A DNA stretch of 20,000 bases from Chromera velia (Eukaryota): positions 117,761 through 137,760 of the forward strand of contig JAHBMJ010000035.1 in assembly GCA_018398765.1 (NCBI GenBank), in the 5' to 3' direction. The position numbers and the translations under genes are program-made. Positions 1-12,815 of this stretch are shown here, one piece after another. Positions within the stretch are counted from its first letter, which is position 1. The number at the start of each line of letters is the position of its first letter. The notes below the pieces were generated by a model. The model ran no database searches. It saw only the letters and a list, made by a program, of their open reading frames with translations, and was not told the origin of the DNA.

Positions 1-338
1 GCTTTTCTTTTCCTTTTTCTCTTTCTTCATTCTCTTCCGTTTTTTTTCTTTCTTCGTTTGGCGCGCTGACAGAAAGACAGATAAACAGACAGACCGTATA
101 CACTTTTGTCCCCCCCCCTTCTTCTTAATACACAACAGACAAAAAAGAAAAAACAAAGACAAAAAAGAAAAGACGTGGGCAGGGGGGCCGAAAAGTGTAG
201 ACTTAAGCGCTCCTTGCCTTCACACATCACGACAGGACTTCACGTGAGCACTGAATTCACACGCTACTACCTGCTGCTTCCACTCAGGACAAAAGGGGAA
301 AAAAGCCAGCACACAGTCTGCACTCTGAACAAACTCAC

Positions 339-1843
339 ACCACTATAGACATCGTCCTGTAGTCTAAAGAGACCGACAGACAGGCAGAGAAAGAAACAGA
401 CAAACCAAAAACAAGCCGGAAACAAAGAAACAGGAACGGAAAGACTGACCGACTGTCAGACAGACAGGGAGACAAATACACAGACAAACAGACAAACCAA
501 CAGACAGACCAAATGAGACCACAAGAAGGCCGGGAGAAGCAGAGCACCCCCCAAGGTCCAGAGGCCGGGTCGCGCACTCCCTGCACCGACACGCAATGGC
601 AGGAACACAGATAAATGAAATAACACATCTCACAGGGCAAGGGAACCAGAAAGAGAAAAAAAAGTGAGGGAGGAAAGGATGCACGGAGGGAGGGAGGGAG
701 CGAGGAAGGAATGCAGAGGAAGAGAGAAAGGAAGATCTGACAAGAGGAAGGAATGGGCGTCAAAGAAGAGCTAGGGCACGTTCAATTGAGTTTGCTCGAC
801 ACTGCCTGCATCTCTGACCGTCGGCAGGCATGAATCGGGACGTCTTGTCAACCCTCTGCCTGTCTCTTAATCTCTCTTTTCTTTCTTTCTTTTGGTTCTT
901 TCTTTCTTTCTTTCTTTCTTTCTGTCTGTCTTTGGGTTCTTTCTTTTTTTTTTGTTTTTTCTTTCTTTCTTTTCTTTCTTCCTTCTTTTCCCCCCCTTTT
1001 TTTGTGTCTGTCTATCTATCTATCTGTCTGTCTATACGTTTGTCTCTACTTCTTCTTCTTTCTCCTTTTCTTTCTTCTTTCCTTCTCTTATTTTCTCTTT
1101 GTTTCTTAGACTGTTTTTCTGTTTTTTCTGTTCTCTTTCTTTTTCCTTCCTTCCTTCCTTCCTTCCTTCCTTCCTTCCTTGTTTTTCTTTCTATCTATCT
1201 ATCTGTCTGTCTGCATACCTTTCCTTCCTTCCTCTCCTTCTCCTCTTCCTCCTCTCCTCTGTTTCTTTCTTCCCTTTTTTTGGTATCTCTATCTCTCAGT
1301 CTCTCTCTCTCGTCCTTCCTTCCTTCCTTCCTTCCATTTTTTTTTTCTGCTTACTTCCTTTCTTTCTTCCTTCCTTCCTTCCTTCCTTCCTTCCCCCATG
1401 CCACCATTCCTTTCTCCCACCTTATTTTTCTTTCTTTGTTTTGATATTAGTCTTCGCAGCCCCTGTGGTGAGCGGGGCGTCTGTCTGCCTGCCTGCCTGC
1501 CTGCCTCCCCGAATGGATGAACAATTGCGCGAAGACTGCAAGAACAAAAAAGACGATCACAGACTCGGTAATTGAAGGACCGACCGAGAACCCGTCTCGC
1601 GAAGAGACGTGCAGAGACGCCCCCGAGTAATGAACCCCCGACGACCCTGAAGAAAGCCTGTCTTCCGAAGTCCAGCACAAACTCTCTGTCAGAATCAGAT
1701 ATCAAATCATGATAAGGATGCCCTTTTCCCTTGCCTTTCTGCATCGCCTCTTTCCGTTTTTCTGCAGGCAGCGCAAGGGGCGTCTCCTCTCCCGTCTCCA
1801 ATCCTGGATCCGATCTCGGAGAAGGAAAGTTAAAGACTGACAT
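339..1843 (-). CDS. Spliced gene for a small hypothetical membrane protein with two predicted TM segments; 3' end unresolved
   Basis: Exons 1843-1585 (ATG; MSVFNFPSPRSD...RQAFFRVVGGSLLGGVSARLFARRVLG; donor gtcggt), 580-510 (tgcag acceptor; SARPGLWTLGGALLLPAFLWSHL; donor gtctgt) and 356-339 (tacag acceptor; DDVYSG; donor gtgagt) join in frame with phases 1 and 0. The splice signals match those of the secA introns. The last exon was not identified. Confidence 0.55.
870..1443. repeat. Compound polypyrimidine microsatellite tract ((CTTT)n, (CCTT)n, (CTAT)n, (CT)n) in intron 1 of the minus-strand gene
   Basis: Directly visible. It generates the spurious F/L/S-rich ORFs at 830-1575. Confidence 0.95.
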
Positions 1844-2330
1844 TCTGTGTGACAGTCGATTGTCAAGTGAGAAAGGCGATGAAAGGTGACTGAACAAAAG
1901 TCTTCATGTCACTGTACGTTCACCGGAATGTGGTAATACAGTGGTATGGAAAATGAAGACAGCTTTCCAGCAACATGCAAGGTTGAAGTCACCATGCAGG
2001 CCACGCGCGCTCGCGCGCATGCATTGCGCGCCAAACCAACATGAATGCCGTCTCTGCATATGGATCTATTCAGCCGGTATCATGCCGTCTCCATCATTGC
2101 AAAGAAGCTAGGAGGCGGTAAGTTACGAGTCCGAAAGATCATGGACATCGATCTTGCACTCCTCATAAACCTTTGGTCTCACTGGTGTCTTTTGGCATCC
2201 ACCTGAACATGAGAAGAAACTGCCTGAAAAGTCTCTGCGGAGAATAGCCAGCCAGAGTCGACCTGCGGGCTCTTCTCCCCTCCCGAACTTGGACTGCACC
2301 AGTGAGATAGTAGGACCAGTGTGCTCCATC
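1844..2330. promoter_or_regulatory. Putative bidirectional promoter/5'UTR region between divergent start codons
   Basis: 487 bp, repeat-free, between ATG 1843 (-) and ATG 2331 (+). It contains a CG/GCATGC-rich palindromic cluster at ~2003-2031. Function is inferred from position. Confidence 0.45.
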
Positions 2331-2870
2331 ATGAAGGGAATCGTGTCTTTGATATGCTGCTCACTGCTTCCTGTCGGGTGGAGCTTTGTGCTGCTGCCGC
2401 GGGGCCCTGTCAGGCAACGCCGACAGAGGGCGTCTCGCAGCTTGCCGGTAAGTTCTGCTTCGTGTGTGTGTGGCTGTCATCCCCCGTACCTTCTATGAGC
2501 TTTCCATTGAAGAGGCTTGCAGGGTGAAGGCTCGAACAAATATCCGCTGCTCTCACCTCCCCGCGGCAACTTCTTCCAAGTCTCTGGGTGAACACGCAAC
2601 ATCCCAGCATGCCTTTGTATGTGATCGTGCATAGCTGCTTGCTTTTGTATGCCCGGTTGAACTTCACGACTCACAGCTTCTCTCGCTCTCTCTTTCACAT
2701 ATGCACGCACGCATACATGCACTGATCCCATTCTCTCTCTCTCTCTCTCTCTCTCTCCTCTCCCTCTGTGTGTGTGTGTGTGTGTGTGTGTGCGGTCGTG
2801 CAGGAGTTTCCCTTTTCCCCTCGGCAGAGCCTTTCCCTTTCCCCTCTGCCCCCCACCGTCTCCATGTCTA
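2331..2870 (+). other. Bipartite plastid-targeting presequence of SecA, encoded by exon 1 and the start of exon 2
   Basis: [18 protein letters not shown] is a hydrophobic signal peptide. It is followed by [42 protein letters not shown], which starts with Phe, is R/S/P-rich and is almost free of acidic residues. This precedes the first SecA-homologous segment. The cleavage site was judged by eye. Confidence 0.8.
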
Positions 2871-5800
2871 TGGACCTCCTGAAGTCAGCCATGAACCCGA
2901 AGGCAAAGGAAGAAGATATGCAGGCCAAGAACCAGGAACTACTCAATCAGTATAACGTCAGCCTGCCAGACAAAGTGACGTCTGCATGACTCGGTGTATA
3001 GACAGAAACAAAGAAACAAAGTCAGACAGAAAAATAGAAAGGAAAAGAGATTTTCCCAACCCCCGGGGAAAGGAAGGCACTGGGAGACCACCAATATCTC
3101 TTCTCTTTTCTTCTTGATCTGCACTTGCGCATGCGCTGACAGAGTCACAGATATGAGCAGATAGTAGCGTTTCTCCTTCTTATTTGACGTTCCCATTGCA
3201 GGAGAGGGTAGAAAAGGTCAACGCCCTCGAGGCTCAGATGGAGGCGCTGTCAGATGAAGAATTGGGGTGCGTGCGTCAGTCCCCTCCCTTGACGTTATGA
3301 AGAGAAAAGTACTGAGGGACCTCTTTGTGTCTGCAGTTTTCCTTCCTTTTCCTCTGACTTCCACCTTTCTTGGTGCCGGTTTCCATCCGCCCCTTTTTTT
3401 ACCCGGCCATCGGAGTCGGATGCCAAAGGTGTGAGTGATTTTCTTCTGCTAAGCATTCGTCACAATTTTCTCATTTTGTGTGTGCGGCACTTTTCTTTCT
3501 CTCGGGCACTCCTCTGAGAGCTGATCTATATTCTTGTTTGTGGGTGACGCGTCGGTACTGTTTGACGCTTACCTTCTTGATCTCCGCCCTGTCTGCATGC
3601 TGTGTTGTTTATCTTTTAAATTCCTTTTCCCTCTGCAGAGAGAAGTCGCAGGAGTTTCGCGCCCGTCTCCGCACAGCCCTGGGCGTGGAGGATCTCTCAC
3701 AGTCCAATGACCCCGTGAGGGAAAAGAAGGCACTTGACGGAATTCTGGAGGAGGCCTTCGCAGTCGTCAGGGAGGCAGCTTGGAGGGTGCTGGAGCTCCG
3801 TCACTTCGACGTGCAGCTGGTGGGAGGCATGGCGATGCATGACGGTTTGCTTGCGGAGATGGCCACGGGAGAGGGGAAGACCCTCGCTGCAACGGCCCCA
3901 GTGTATCTGAATGCTCTCATGGGTGGGTCAGTGAGCGAATGATTGAAACAGTGTGGTACATGGTAGAGAAATGCAGCGTGTGCGCAGTCGTGTGACATAT
4001 CAAATCCTTTTCCGCTTCTTTGTACTTCGGCTGCTGCGACCTGGGTAGACTCGAATGCTCTTGTGAGTCGATCTGTTGGTTGCTGCCATTCAACTTTGAT
4101 GGGCTCGAGTTACCTCATGGCAGTTTTTTCTCCACACTCTCCTGGGTTCCTTTTCTTCAGGCCGTATCCGCACCCGGCTTCTACATTTGCTTGTGAATGG
4201 AAAGAAAGATGTTGGTGATGCAATGTGCCCTGGTAGAGGCGAGATCGTTGTCTCGATGATTCTGTTTCTACGATACATGATCGGGCTATCTCTCTGTGTT
4301 CGCCGTCTGCCATGGTTGCAGGCAAGGGAGCAATGGTGGTCTCTCAGAACGACTACTTGACAAAGAGAGACAGCGAGACAATGGGGCAGCTGTACAAGTT
4401 CCTCGGCTTGTCTGTGGGATTTGTGGGCCCGGACATGAGCAAGAAGCAGAAGCGGGAGGCCTACAAGAAGGACGTGTGTTATGTCTCACACCAGGTGCGT
4501 GAACAGAAAGTCGATGCATATTTTCCCCTTGGATGGATCTGCAGCGGGTCTGTCTGTGTGTCTCTCCTTGAAGGGCTTTGCAAGTTTGTGCTGCGCTGCT
4601 CGCCTCATCGACCTTCCCATCATCTTCCTGTAGGTCATCTCTCTCTTTTTCTCTCTCCAGTACATCCACGGAGTTTGGTTGGAGGTTGCAGTCCAGAGCT
4701 GCCTTCTTCATTCACTGGGAGGTAAACTTGTATGCGTGTTCCCCCGCTCTCCTCACTGACACTCGCTCTCGACTTCCTGCTCCGAATCTACGTGCATACA
4801 GGTCCTTGCTTTCGACTACCTGTACGACAACCTCGCGTACTACCCTGACGACCTCGCGCTCTTCACTGTCGATAGGCCGTAAGTTCGTTTTGTCCCCTTC
4901 TCCGTCCTGTCCTGTGTTTTCTCATTTTTTGTCTTAGCATCTTGTGTTCGTCTTTCCGCCGAGGAAAACGCATGTGGAGGAAAAGGGGGCGAAAAAGAGA
5001 CACACAGCAGGCAAGACAAGGTATAGGACCGTCTCGCAGTGTTTCCCTGAATGTATGAATGAACGCATGTGTGCAGGGACCCGCTTTACTTCTGCCTAGT
5101 GGATGAGGCCGACTCGATTCTGATCGATGAAGGCCGAAACCCTCTGAAGATCACAGACAGGAGACCTGCACAGGAGTCATCAAAGACACTCTACAGAATA
5201 GCAGCAGATGTGGTCAAGTACTTGGACGGGGCAGAGGGGGAAAAGGGAAAGACGATGGACTTTGAGATCGACCGAAAGAATCAGGACATCTCTCTGACAG
5301 AGGAGGGGACCTCGGTGAGTGGGTGGGTCGGTCCGACAGGGTTCCCTCTTTTTTCTTTTCTCACCCTTTCGATCTCTGTCTCTCTTTCTTGGTTTGTTTC
5401 TTTTTTTTATTTTTCTTTCTGTTATCCTCAATGGAATCTGTTGGGTGTTTTGCTTTCTGATTCACTTTGTCTCCCCTTTCCTTCTCTTATTCCGGTTGCT
5501 CGTCTGCTATGCTGTTCTCATATAGCGTGGCAACAATTTTTGTCAAACCTCAATTTCCCGGGTCGTCGTCTGCAGCGCGCTCAAAGGCTTTGCAGGGAAA
5601 GGGGGTACAGACTTTACGACAACCAACAACCCGTCCTCCTTTTCATCAACAACGCCGTCAAGGCAAAGGCCCTATTCGAAAAGGACACAGAATACATTGT
5701 CGCGTCAGTTGATTGACTCTTCGGTCTCGGCTGTCTTATCTTCTCCTGATTTGTGCGGTAGCGCTTTATTGTATGCGTGCCGAGTTCTGCTGCATGAAGA

Positions 5801-6127
5801 AAAATGCTCTCTGCTTCTTTGCTCTGTCTGGTTCTGAAAATTGAAGGCTCTGGATGCTGCAGATCGGTGGGGTCACCAAAAGAGTGTGTAGGCGGCTTTC
5901 CGGGTCTGTACAGATGGGTTTGTGCTGGTTGGGCTTATTTTGCGCTCTTTCTTGCCTTCCGACCCCGATCCATAGACAAGACACATGCGTACACACATGT
6001 ATGCCCATGTGTCTCTGATTTTGCAGAAACGGAAACGTCGAAATTATTGACCAGTCGACAGGTCGAGTGCTCGAGGGACGAAGATTCACTGACGGCATGC
6101 ACCAGGTCAGTCTCTCTCCCTCTCTCT

Positions 6128-6208
<81 letters not shown>

Positions 6209-7374
6209 TGTGTGAGAGAGGGCAAGAGGTGAGTCGAGTAGGCCTTCTAGCAGAGCCGATATGGTGGACACCTGCGCAGTGGAACAACGAAAGAAATGGG
6301 AAAGCGCTGTAACTGCGCATGTGGGCGCGTCAGCGGCCTCGTGTAAAGCTATGCATCCCTTTTGTCAATCAATCCCTTTCCTTCCTGTTTGTCTCTCTCA
6401 TCGCAAAAAAGTTTCCCCTCCCTTCGTAATTCTCTCCTCCCTCCCTCACAGTCAATCGAGGCAAAGGAGGGTCTGGACATCTCCCCTGAGACGAAAGAAA
6501 TCGCGTCGGTAACTTACCAGGTCGGTCACTCAATCAGTCAGCGATGAATGGTTTCGTCTGTCACTGTCGACTTGGCTGGCTCACGGAGGCTGCAAACCAC
6601 TATCTTTGCTTGATGTAAAAGCGGTGTTGAGGTCTGTGTCTCATGATGCGATGGAAGCAGAAACTACACTGACTTACTCCCACCGTGCAAAACCGGACGA
6701 ATGCTTCCTTTTTCTTCGTCCTTTAACAGCATCGGCGTGCGCCTGTTTTTTATAGAGGAAAAAGAGGCAAGGTGTGTATCTGGCTATGTGTTTGTCTTCA
6801 TTTTCTTCTGCCTTTCGTGTCCGTCTCCTGGCGTACAGTCAAACCCATCATGTTCCTCCGTACACACGTACGTTCTTGTTCCCCCCACTTCTTTCCTGCA
6901 GGCCCTCTTCCGCATGTTCTCCCGGCTGTCCGCGATGACGGGCACGGCGTTCACAGATTTCCAGGAGTTCCTTGACGTCTTCAACCTCAGAGTCGTGCAG
7001 ATCCCCACAGCACTCCCCACAGGTAGGTAAGGGGAACCGATGACCAGCTTATGATGAAAAGACGTTGTGTTGCCATTTAACGGAAGGGGGGAGAGATTCT
7101 TCAAGCAGACTTAGCTCCGTCTTGTAGGGTGCAGGCCTCCTGCAGGGGAGTAATTAATTTGCTGTCCCTGTAGGCCCAAAAGACGTCCTCCTTGTTTGAC
7201 TGCGTGTGCAGGCCGACGAGACTTCCCAGATGCCGTCTTCAAGACGCGAAGGGCCAAGTTGAAGGCGCTACTGGACGAAATCGAGGCAGCACACAAACAG
7301 GGGAGACCTTTGCTGATCGGTCTGTCCCTTTGTCCTCGTTCCTCCTCCGCTTCTATTATGTGCGTTCGTTTGTG

Positions 7375-7405
<31 letters not shown>

Positions 7406-7452
7406 CGATTTCTCTCTGTCTCTGTTTGTCTGTCTGTCTGTCTGTCTGTCCG

Positions 7453-7489
<37 letters not shown>

Positions 7490-9000
7490 CTCTCTCTCTC
7501 TCTCTTCTTCTTTCTTTCGTGTTTCTTCTTCTTCCTTTTCTCGTGTATGTGTATGTGCATTTGCATCCGTGTGTGTGTCTGTGTGTCTGCATAATGTCTC
7601 TGCCTGTGTGTTTGTGGGTGTGAGTATACATACACGCGCAGGTACACGGAGTGTTGCTCTCTCGGAGGCAATCAAGGAAGACCTTGCTGACATCGACATC
7701 GACGCGTTTGTGCTCAACGCCAGGCCTGAGAACGCAGACAGCGAGGCCTTCATCATCGCGCAGGCAGGCAGAGAGGGGGCAATCACTGTGGCAACAAATA
7801 TGGCTGGTTGGTCGGGGGGGTGCTTGTGGGGGATTACGCAACAGGCCCACTGAGAAAGGGGAAGTGGAGCAGCATCTGCAGGAAAAATGCCGCTTGAATG
7901 CAGGGCAGCACTCATTGTGGTCTGGCTTGCTTGTTGAACATCTTTCGTGTTTTTCTGCTCTTCTCTTCTCTCTGCAGGAATATGCATACACAGGAGTCAA
8001 GAATGTGTTGAGTGATAATGTGAGCAAGTGCGAGTACAATGTGAGAATCTGTTGTTCTCATCACCTGCCTCTCTTGCAGGAAGAGGAACAGACATCATAT
8101 TGGGAGGGAATCCGGCAGCCATGGCGCGTCTGTACATGCAGGACGCGTTGTACAAGGTTGCACGTGAAAGAAGGGCTGAGAAGGGACAGAGTTTCATCCC
8201 AACTGAATCGCAGAGACGAGATCCGTACAGGTCCCTTCCTTTGCCTGATGATTTCTATCCGGTTGTGCTTTCAAAGGATGTTGAGGAGACAGTGGAGGCG
8301 GTTGCGGAGGCGTTCTTCGAGACATGGGAAGACGAGGGCCGGGGGGGGCCGGAAGGAAGATTGCCCACGAGAGATGAACTTGATGAAGTGACTGCCGTCT
8401 CTGCAGGTCGGTTGCTTGGTCTGTCTGTTGTCCATCCACGATTTTCTTCGTTTGCGTTCCCTTTGTGTATGCGACTTGATCAAACAAACACATATTATCA
8501 CATCACTTTTCCCCCAACTGATCTGAGCCGTTTGATCAGATCAGAGAAAGAAGACCGATGCATCATGTCTCTGTGTACCCAATCCCACCATTTCAAGAGC
8601 ACTCATTGAGATCGAAGTCCGCATACTTTCATGAAAAAGAGAATTGCCATGTTGTCATCATGTCTGGTCCCTCAGCTTGTCCCTTCCCTGCCCTTTCCAT
8701 TCACAAAAGCAAAATCTTTCGTGCAGGCAAAGGTCCTGTGGATGATGAGGCCGTTCTTGCCCTCAGGGGAGGGTACGAGGAGGTCCTTGATGTGTTCAAA
8801 GAGGAACTGGCAGAGGAACAGGACGCAGTCAGTTTCTCAGCAAAGAGGGACGGAGTCATGACACAGTTCGAAATGTGCTTGAGGTTGTCAGCCAGGAGGC
8901 AGTCAATTGTTTAATACAAGCAGAGGGGAGGAAGAAGGAAGGTGATGAATAAAGAAAAGGAGCGAGACTGTCTTTCTCTTATCTGTCTGCTTTGCTGCCC

Positions 9001-9043
<43 letters not shown>

Positions 9044-9849
9044 GGTATGTGTGTGTGTGTGTGGTTGTGCACGTACACCCGTATGGCCTTTTCCTTCAGG
9101 TGAGGGAGATGGGAGGCCTGTACGTCGTGGCAACAGAGAAGCACGAATCCAGGAGAATCGACAACCAGCTGAGGTTCGTTTGGGGAGAGAGGGGGTGAGG
9201 GGGGGGCCCAAGATTGGCACGTTCGTTCGATTGATAGAGAGAGAGCACAGAAGAGAGAGCATGTATGCACTCATAAAAGAATGGAGCGGGGACAAGGAGT
9301 TTTTCATTCTTCCTCTGACTCACTGACTGACTGACGAAAGAATGTGCACGCGGATGCCAGACTCTTTGAACTTCTTTGCACGTTGCTTTCTTACAGAGGA
9401 CGTGCGGGCAGACAGGGCGACCTGGGAGCTTCCCGTTTCTTCCTGTCTCTGGAGGACGAGGTGAGTGAGTGAGTCCCTTTTCCATTCCCTTCACTCATTT
9501 GTCATTCAGTTTTGTTCCTTTTCTTTCTGCCTTCTTCTCTTTTTTTAAAGAAATATCTTTGATTCTCACATCCTGGCTGTGTGCGTGTGCGCAATCGGGG
9601 AAGAGAGGAATAGTTCTTTTTTTGGCATTTTGAACCCCCGTTCTTCTTCCTGTCAGATCGTTCCCCCGGCCTCTTTGAGGATTTTGTCTTCCTTCTTGGG
9701 ATTGATTTGGCTGGCCGGGCTGGCAGATTGAATGAATGAACAGATCCTTTCACCGCAAGTCGGCCGCGAATCGTTCAGCTTTCTCAAGGTCCGGTCACTG
9801 AAAGGTGTTCCTCCTTCCATACTTCAAATACAAGTTGTCTCTCTCTCCC

Positions 9850-9886
<37 letters not shown>

Positions 9887-10125
9887 GTTCTTTCCTCTCT
9901 TCCGATCTCTCTTCTGATTTTCCTTCAGATCTTCAAGTCCTTTGGAGCAGATTCGTTGAAACCTCTGATGGATGCATTCAGGTACGCAGAAGAAGAAAGA
10001 ATGCATCTATTGCATGCTTTACATGTATACGTATGCGAGTCTGCAAGCAAATATGGATACGCCGCTGGGATGGCAGGGCTCTCTCAGAGTTTGGCTGTGG
10101 ACCACCAGGAAAAGAAATTTTGGCC

Positions 10126-10156
<31 letters not shown>

Positions 10157-10183
10157 TCGATCTTTCTTTCTTTCTTTCTTTCG

Positions 10184-10214
<31 letters not shown>

Positions 10215-10405
10215 CTTCTTTCTTTCTTTCTTTCTTTCTCTCTTTCTTTCTTTCTTTCTTTTCTTTCTTTCTTTCTTTCTTTCTTGCTTTCTTTCTTGCT
10301 TTCTTTCTTGCTTTCTTTCTTTCTTTCTTTCTTTCTCTCTTTCTTTCTTTCCTTCTTTCTTTCTTTCTTTCTTTCTCTCTTTCTCTCTTTCTTTCTCTCT
10401 TTCTT

Positions 10406-10436
<31 letters not shown>

Positions 10437-10493
10437 GTCTTTCTTTCTTTCTGTCTGTCTTTCTGTCTTTCTTTCTTTCTTGCTTTCTTTCTT

Positions 10494-10544
<51 letters not shown>

Positions 10545-12714
10545 CTCTCTCTGTCTCTCTCTCTCTCTCTCTCTTTCTTTCTGTCTTTCTGTCTTTCTGT
10601 CTTTCTGTCCGTCTTTCTTTCTTTCTTTCTTTCTTTCATTCATTCATTCATTCATTATTTATTTATTTATTTATGTTTTTTGGTCCTCCCTCTCGACGTC
10701 TCCCACTGTTCTTCGTTCGTCTTCCTTCGGTTTCCCGTCATTCTTAAAACCCGATGTGATGACTCTGCTAGTTGAGAGAAGACCGAGACTTTTTATGCAC
10801 ATCAAGACATCTCATCGGACCAAGGTGTATAAATTCACTGCCTTGCTTGCGTCTGCATGTTGGATGTGCATGCAGAGTAGGAGAAGACCTGCCAATGGAA
10901 AGCCCGCAGGTGACAGACGCGCTGGACAAGGTACAGACATGTCAGTCAGTCAGTCAGTCACTCAGGCTGTGTGAGGTTCATGAGTGTGCAACGGAGACGG
11001 AACAAAAGATATTTCTTCTTCGTGCATGCACACCTTTGCGTGGAGGCTGCACGTCCACGTGTCGTCGATTGGTCATTGCTTTGCACAGAAAACAGAAAAC
11101 ATGCAAATGAGTATGTATGTATGGGCCTGCCTTTTTTCTCTTTGCTTCTCTTCCTCTCTTGGTTTTTGCCCATCTCTTGTTTCCTTTTCACTCTCCCTTT
11201 CTCTTCTGCGTCGACTCTCGCTTCGTCCTGGATGCAAATGTGTTTCTTCTGTGTCTTTTATTGCTTTCCAAACCATCTCTCACTCGGAGAACTCTGCACA
11301 TACTATTGCCACGTCAGATCTGAGTCCGTGGGCGCAGCATTTTTTTTTTGCATTGCCAGGGTGCGATGTTTTCCAAATCAAATAATCAATCGATCATCTT
11401 GCAGCTGCCGAAGAATTCTATTTCAACATCCGTAGACAGGTGAACGAGTTCGACGAACTGATCGTCTCCCAACGCCAAAGCTTTTACAAACTCAGGAGAG
11501 AGGTGATGCTGGCACCAGGCAGGGAGGCCTTGAAACTCGCCAAAGACTTCTCACAAGCAGGTGTGAAAAAAAGTGGAGGGGGGGCGACTTATTCATGTGA
11601 CAATGACGTTGCTCTGGCGGGATGTATCAATAATGGAATTGCGCGCTTCTGAGAAGAAAGCCAGTCTCTGTCAGACTGTCCTTGCTCGTCCTGAGTGTGA
11701 GTTTGCATTTGGATTTTCATGCATGCTGATTTTCTCACGCACCCGTTCGTTGTTGTGGCTGCAGGAATTTTAGACCTTCTTGATGAAGCAGGAAACACAG
11801 ACGGCTCTGTCGACCCGCAAAAACTGGCGGAGCTCACGAATGAGTCAGCCTTGTCGTCTGTGTTTTTCTTTTTCTTCTTATTCTTCTTTCCTTCTCTAAT
11901 CTCGTTTCCTCCCGGGGACCCTTTTCTTATTCTTCTCTCCTCCGAGCGCGCATTTGTTTTTGTTTGTGTGAGAGTTTGAAAAAAAGTATGCGAATTCTAC
12001 ATGCGTGTCTATACGCGTTTTTTTCTGCACGTGTGCAATCATGCAGAGTTCTGTGTGGTGTAGAGCGAGTGAGTGCGTCCGATTTGAAGCAATCGAGGGC
12101 GGAGAGCCGGAATGTTCTCTCCGGAATTGTTGACAAGGCCATCGTCAAAAGGGCAACTGAATTGGAGAAGGCACGGAGGGGGCTGATGGGTGATGTCAGT
12201 CAGTTTCTCTTTCTTTGTTTCTTTCTTTTTTTCTTTCTTTCTTTCTTTCTTTCTTTCTTTGTTTGTTTGTTTCTTCCTTTGTTTCTTTCTTTATTTATTT
12301 TCTTTCTTTCTTTCTTGCTTGCTTGCTTTCTTTCTTCCCTTCGTTCTTTCTTTTTATCTGCCTGTCTGTCTGTCTTTCTGAAAGGAAGAAGACAGCGAAA
12401 CATACAGTCTGTTTGCTGTCTGTGAAAGAAAAAAACCTGTCTGCCTTTCTGCCCATCGTTCTGTTTGGGAGTCTGCCTGGCTTGCCGTGTTCTTGTCGAT
12501 TTGTCTCTCAGAAGCGTCTGTCTCTTAGAGATTCCGCCTGATTGCTTTTTCGATCGATGAGTCCATGAGAGCACCCGTCCGTCTGTCCGGAATTCGATTT
12601 GCGCATTGGAGACCTCGATACTCTCCTGCATTGACGCGATCACGTGTCAAGACATCTCTCCATTTCCTCCTCTCTTGTTCTCTTGATCCCCCACCCGCAC
12701 CCTTCTGTGCGCGT

Positions 12715-12752
<38 letters not shown>

Positions 12753-12778
12753 TGTGAGTGTGTACGTGTGAGTGTGTA

Positions 12779-12815
<37 letters not shown>

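Noticed and set aside
830..1575. Long F/L/S-rich 'membrane protein' ORFs
   Set aside because: Stop-free pyrimidine microsatellite, open in all frames.
9805..10974. 389/296/267-aa ORFs and antisense K/E/R-rich ORFs
   Set aside because: (CTTT)n tract in secA intron 18. Only 9929-9981 and 10876-10940 are real exons.
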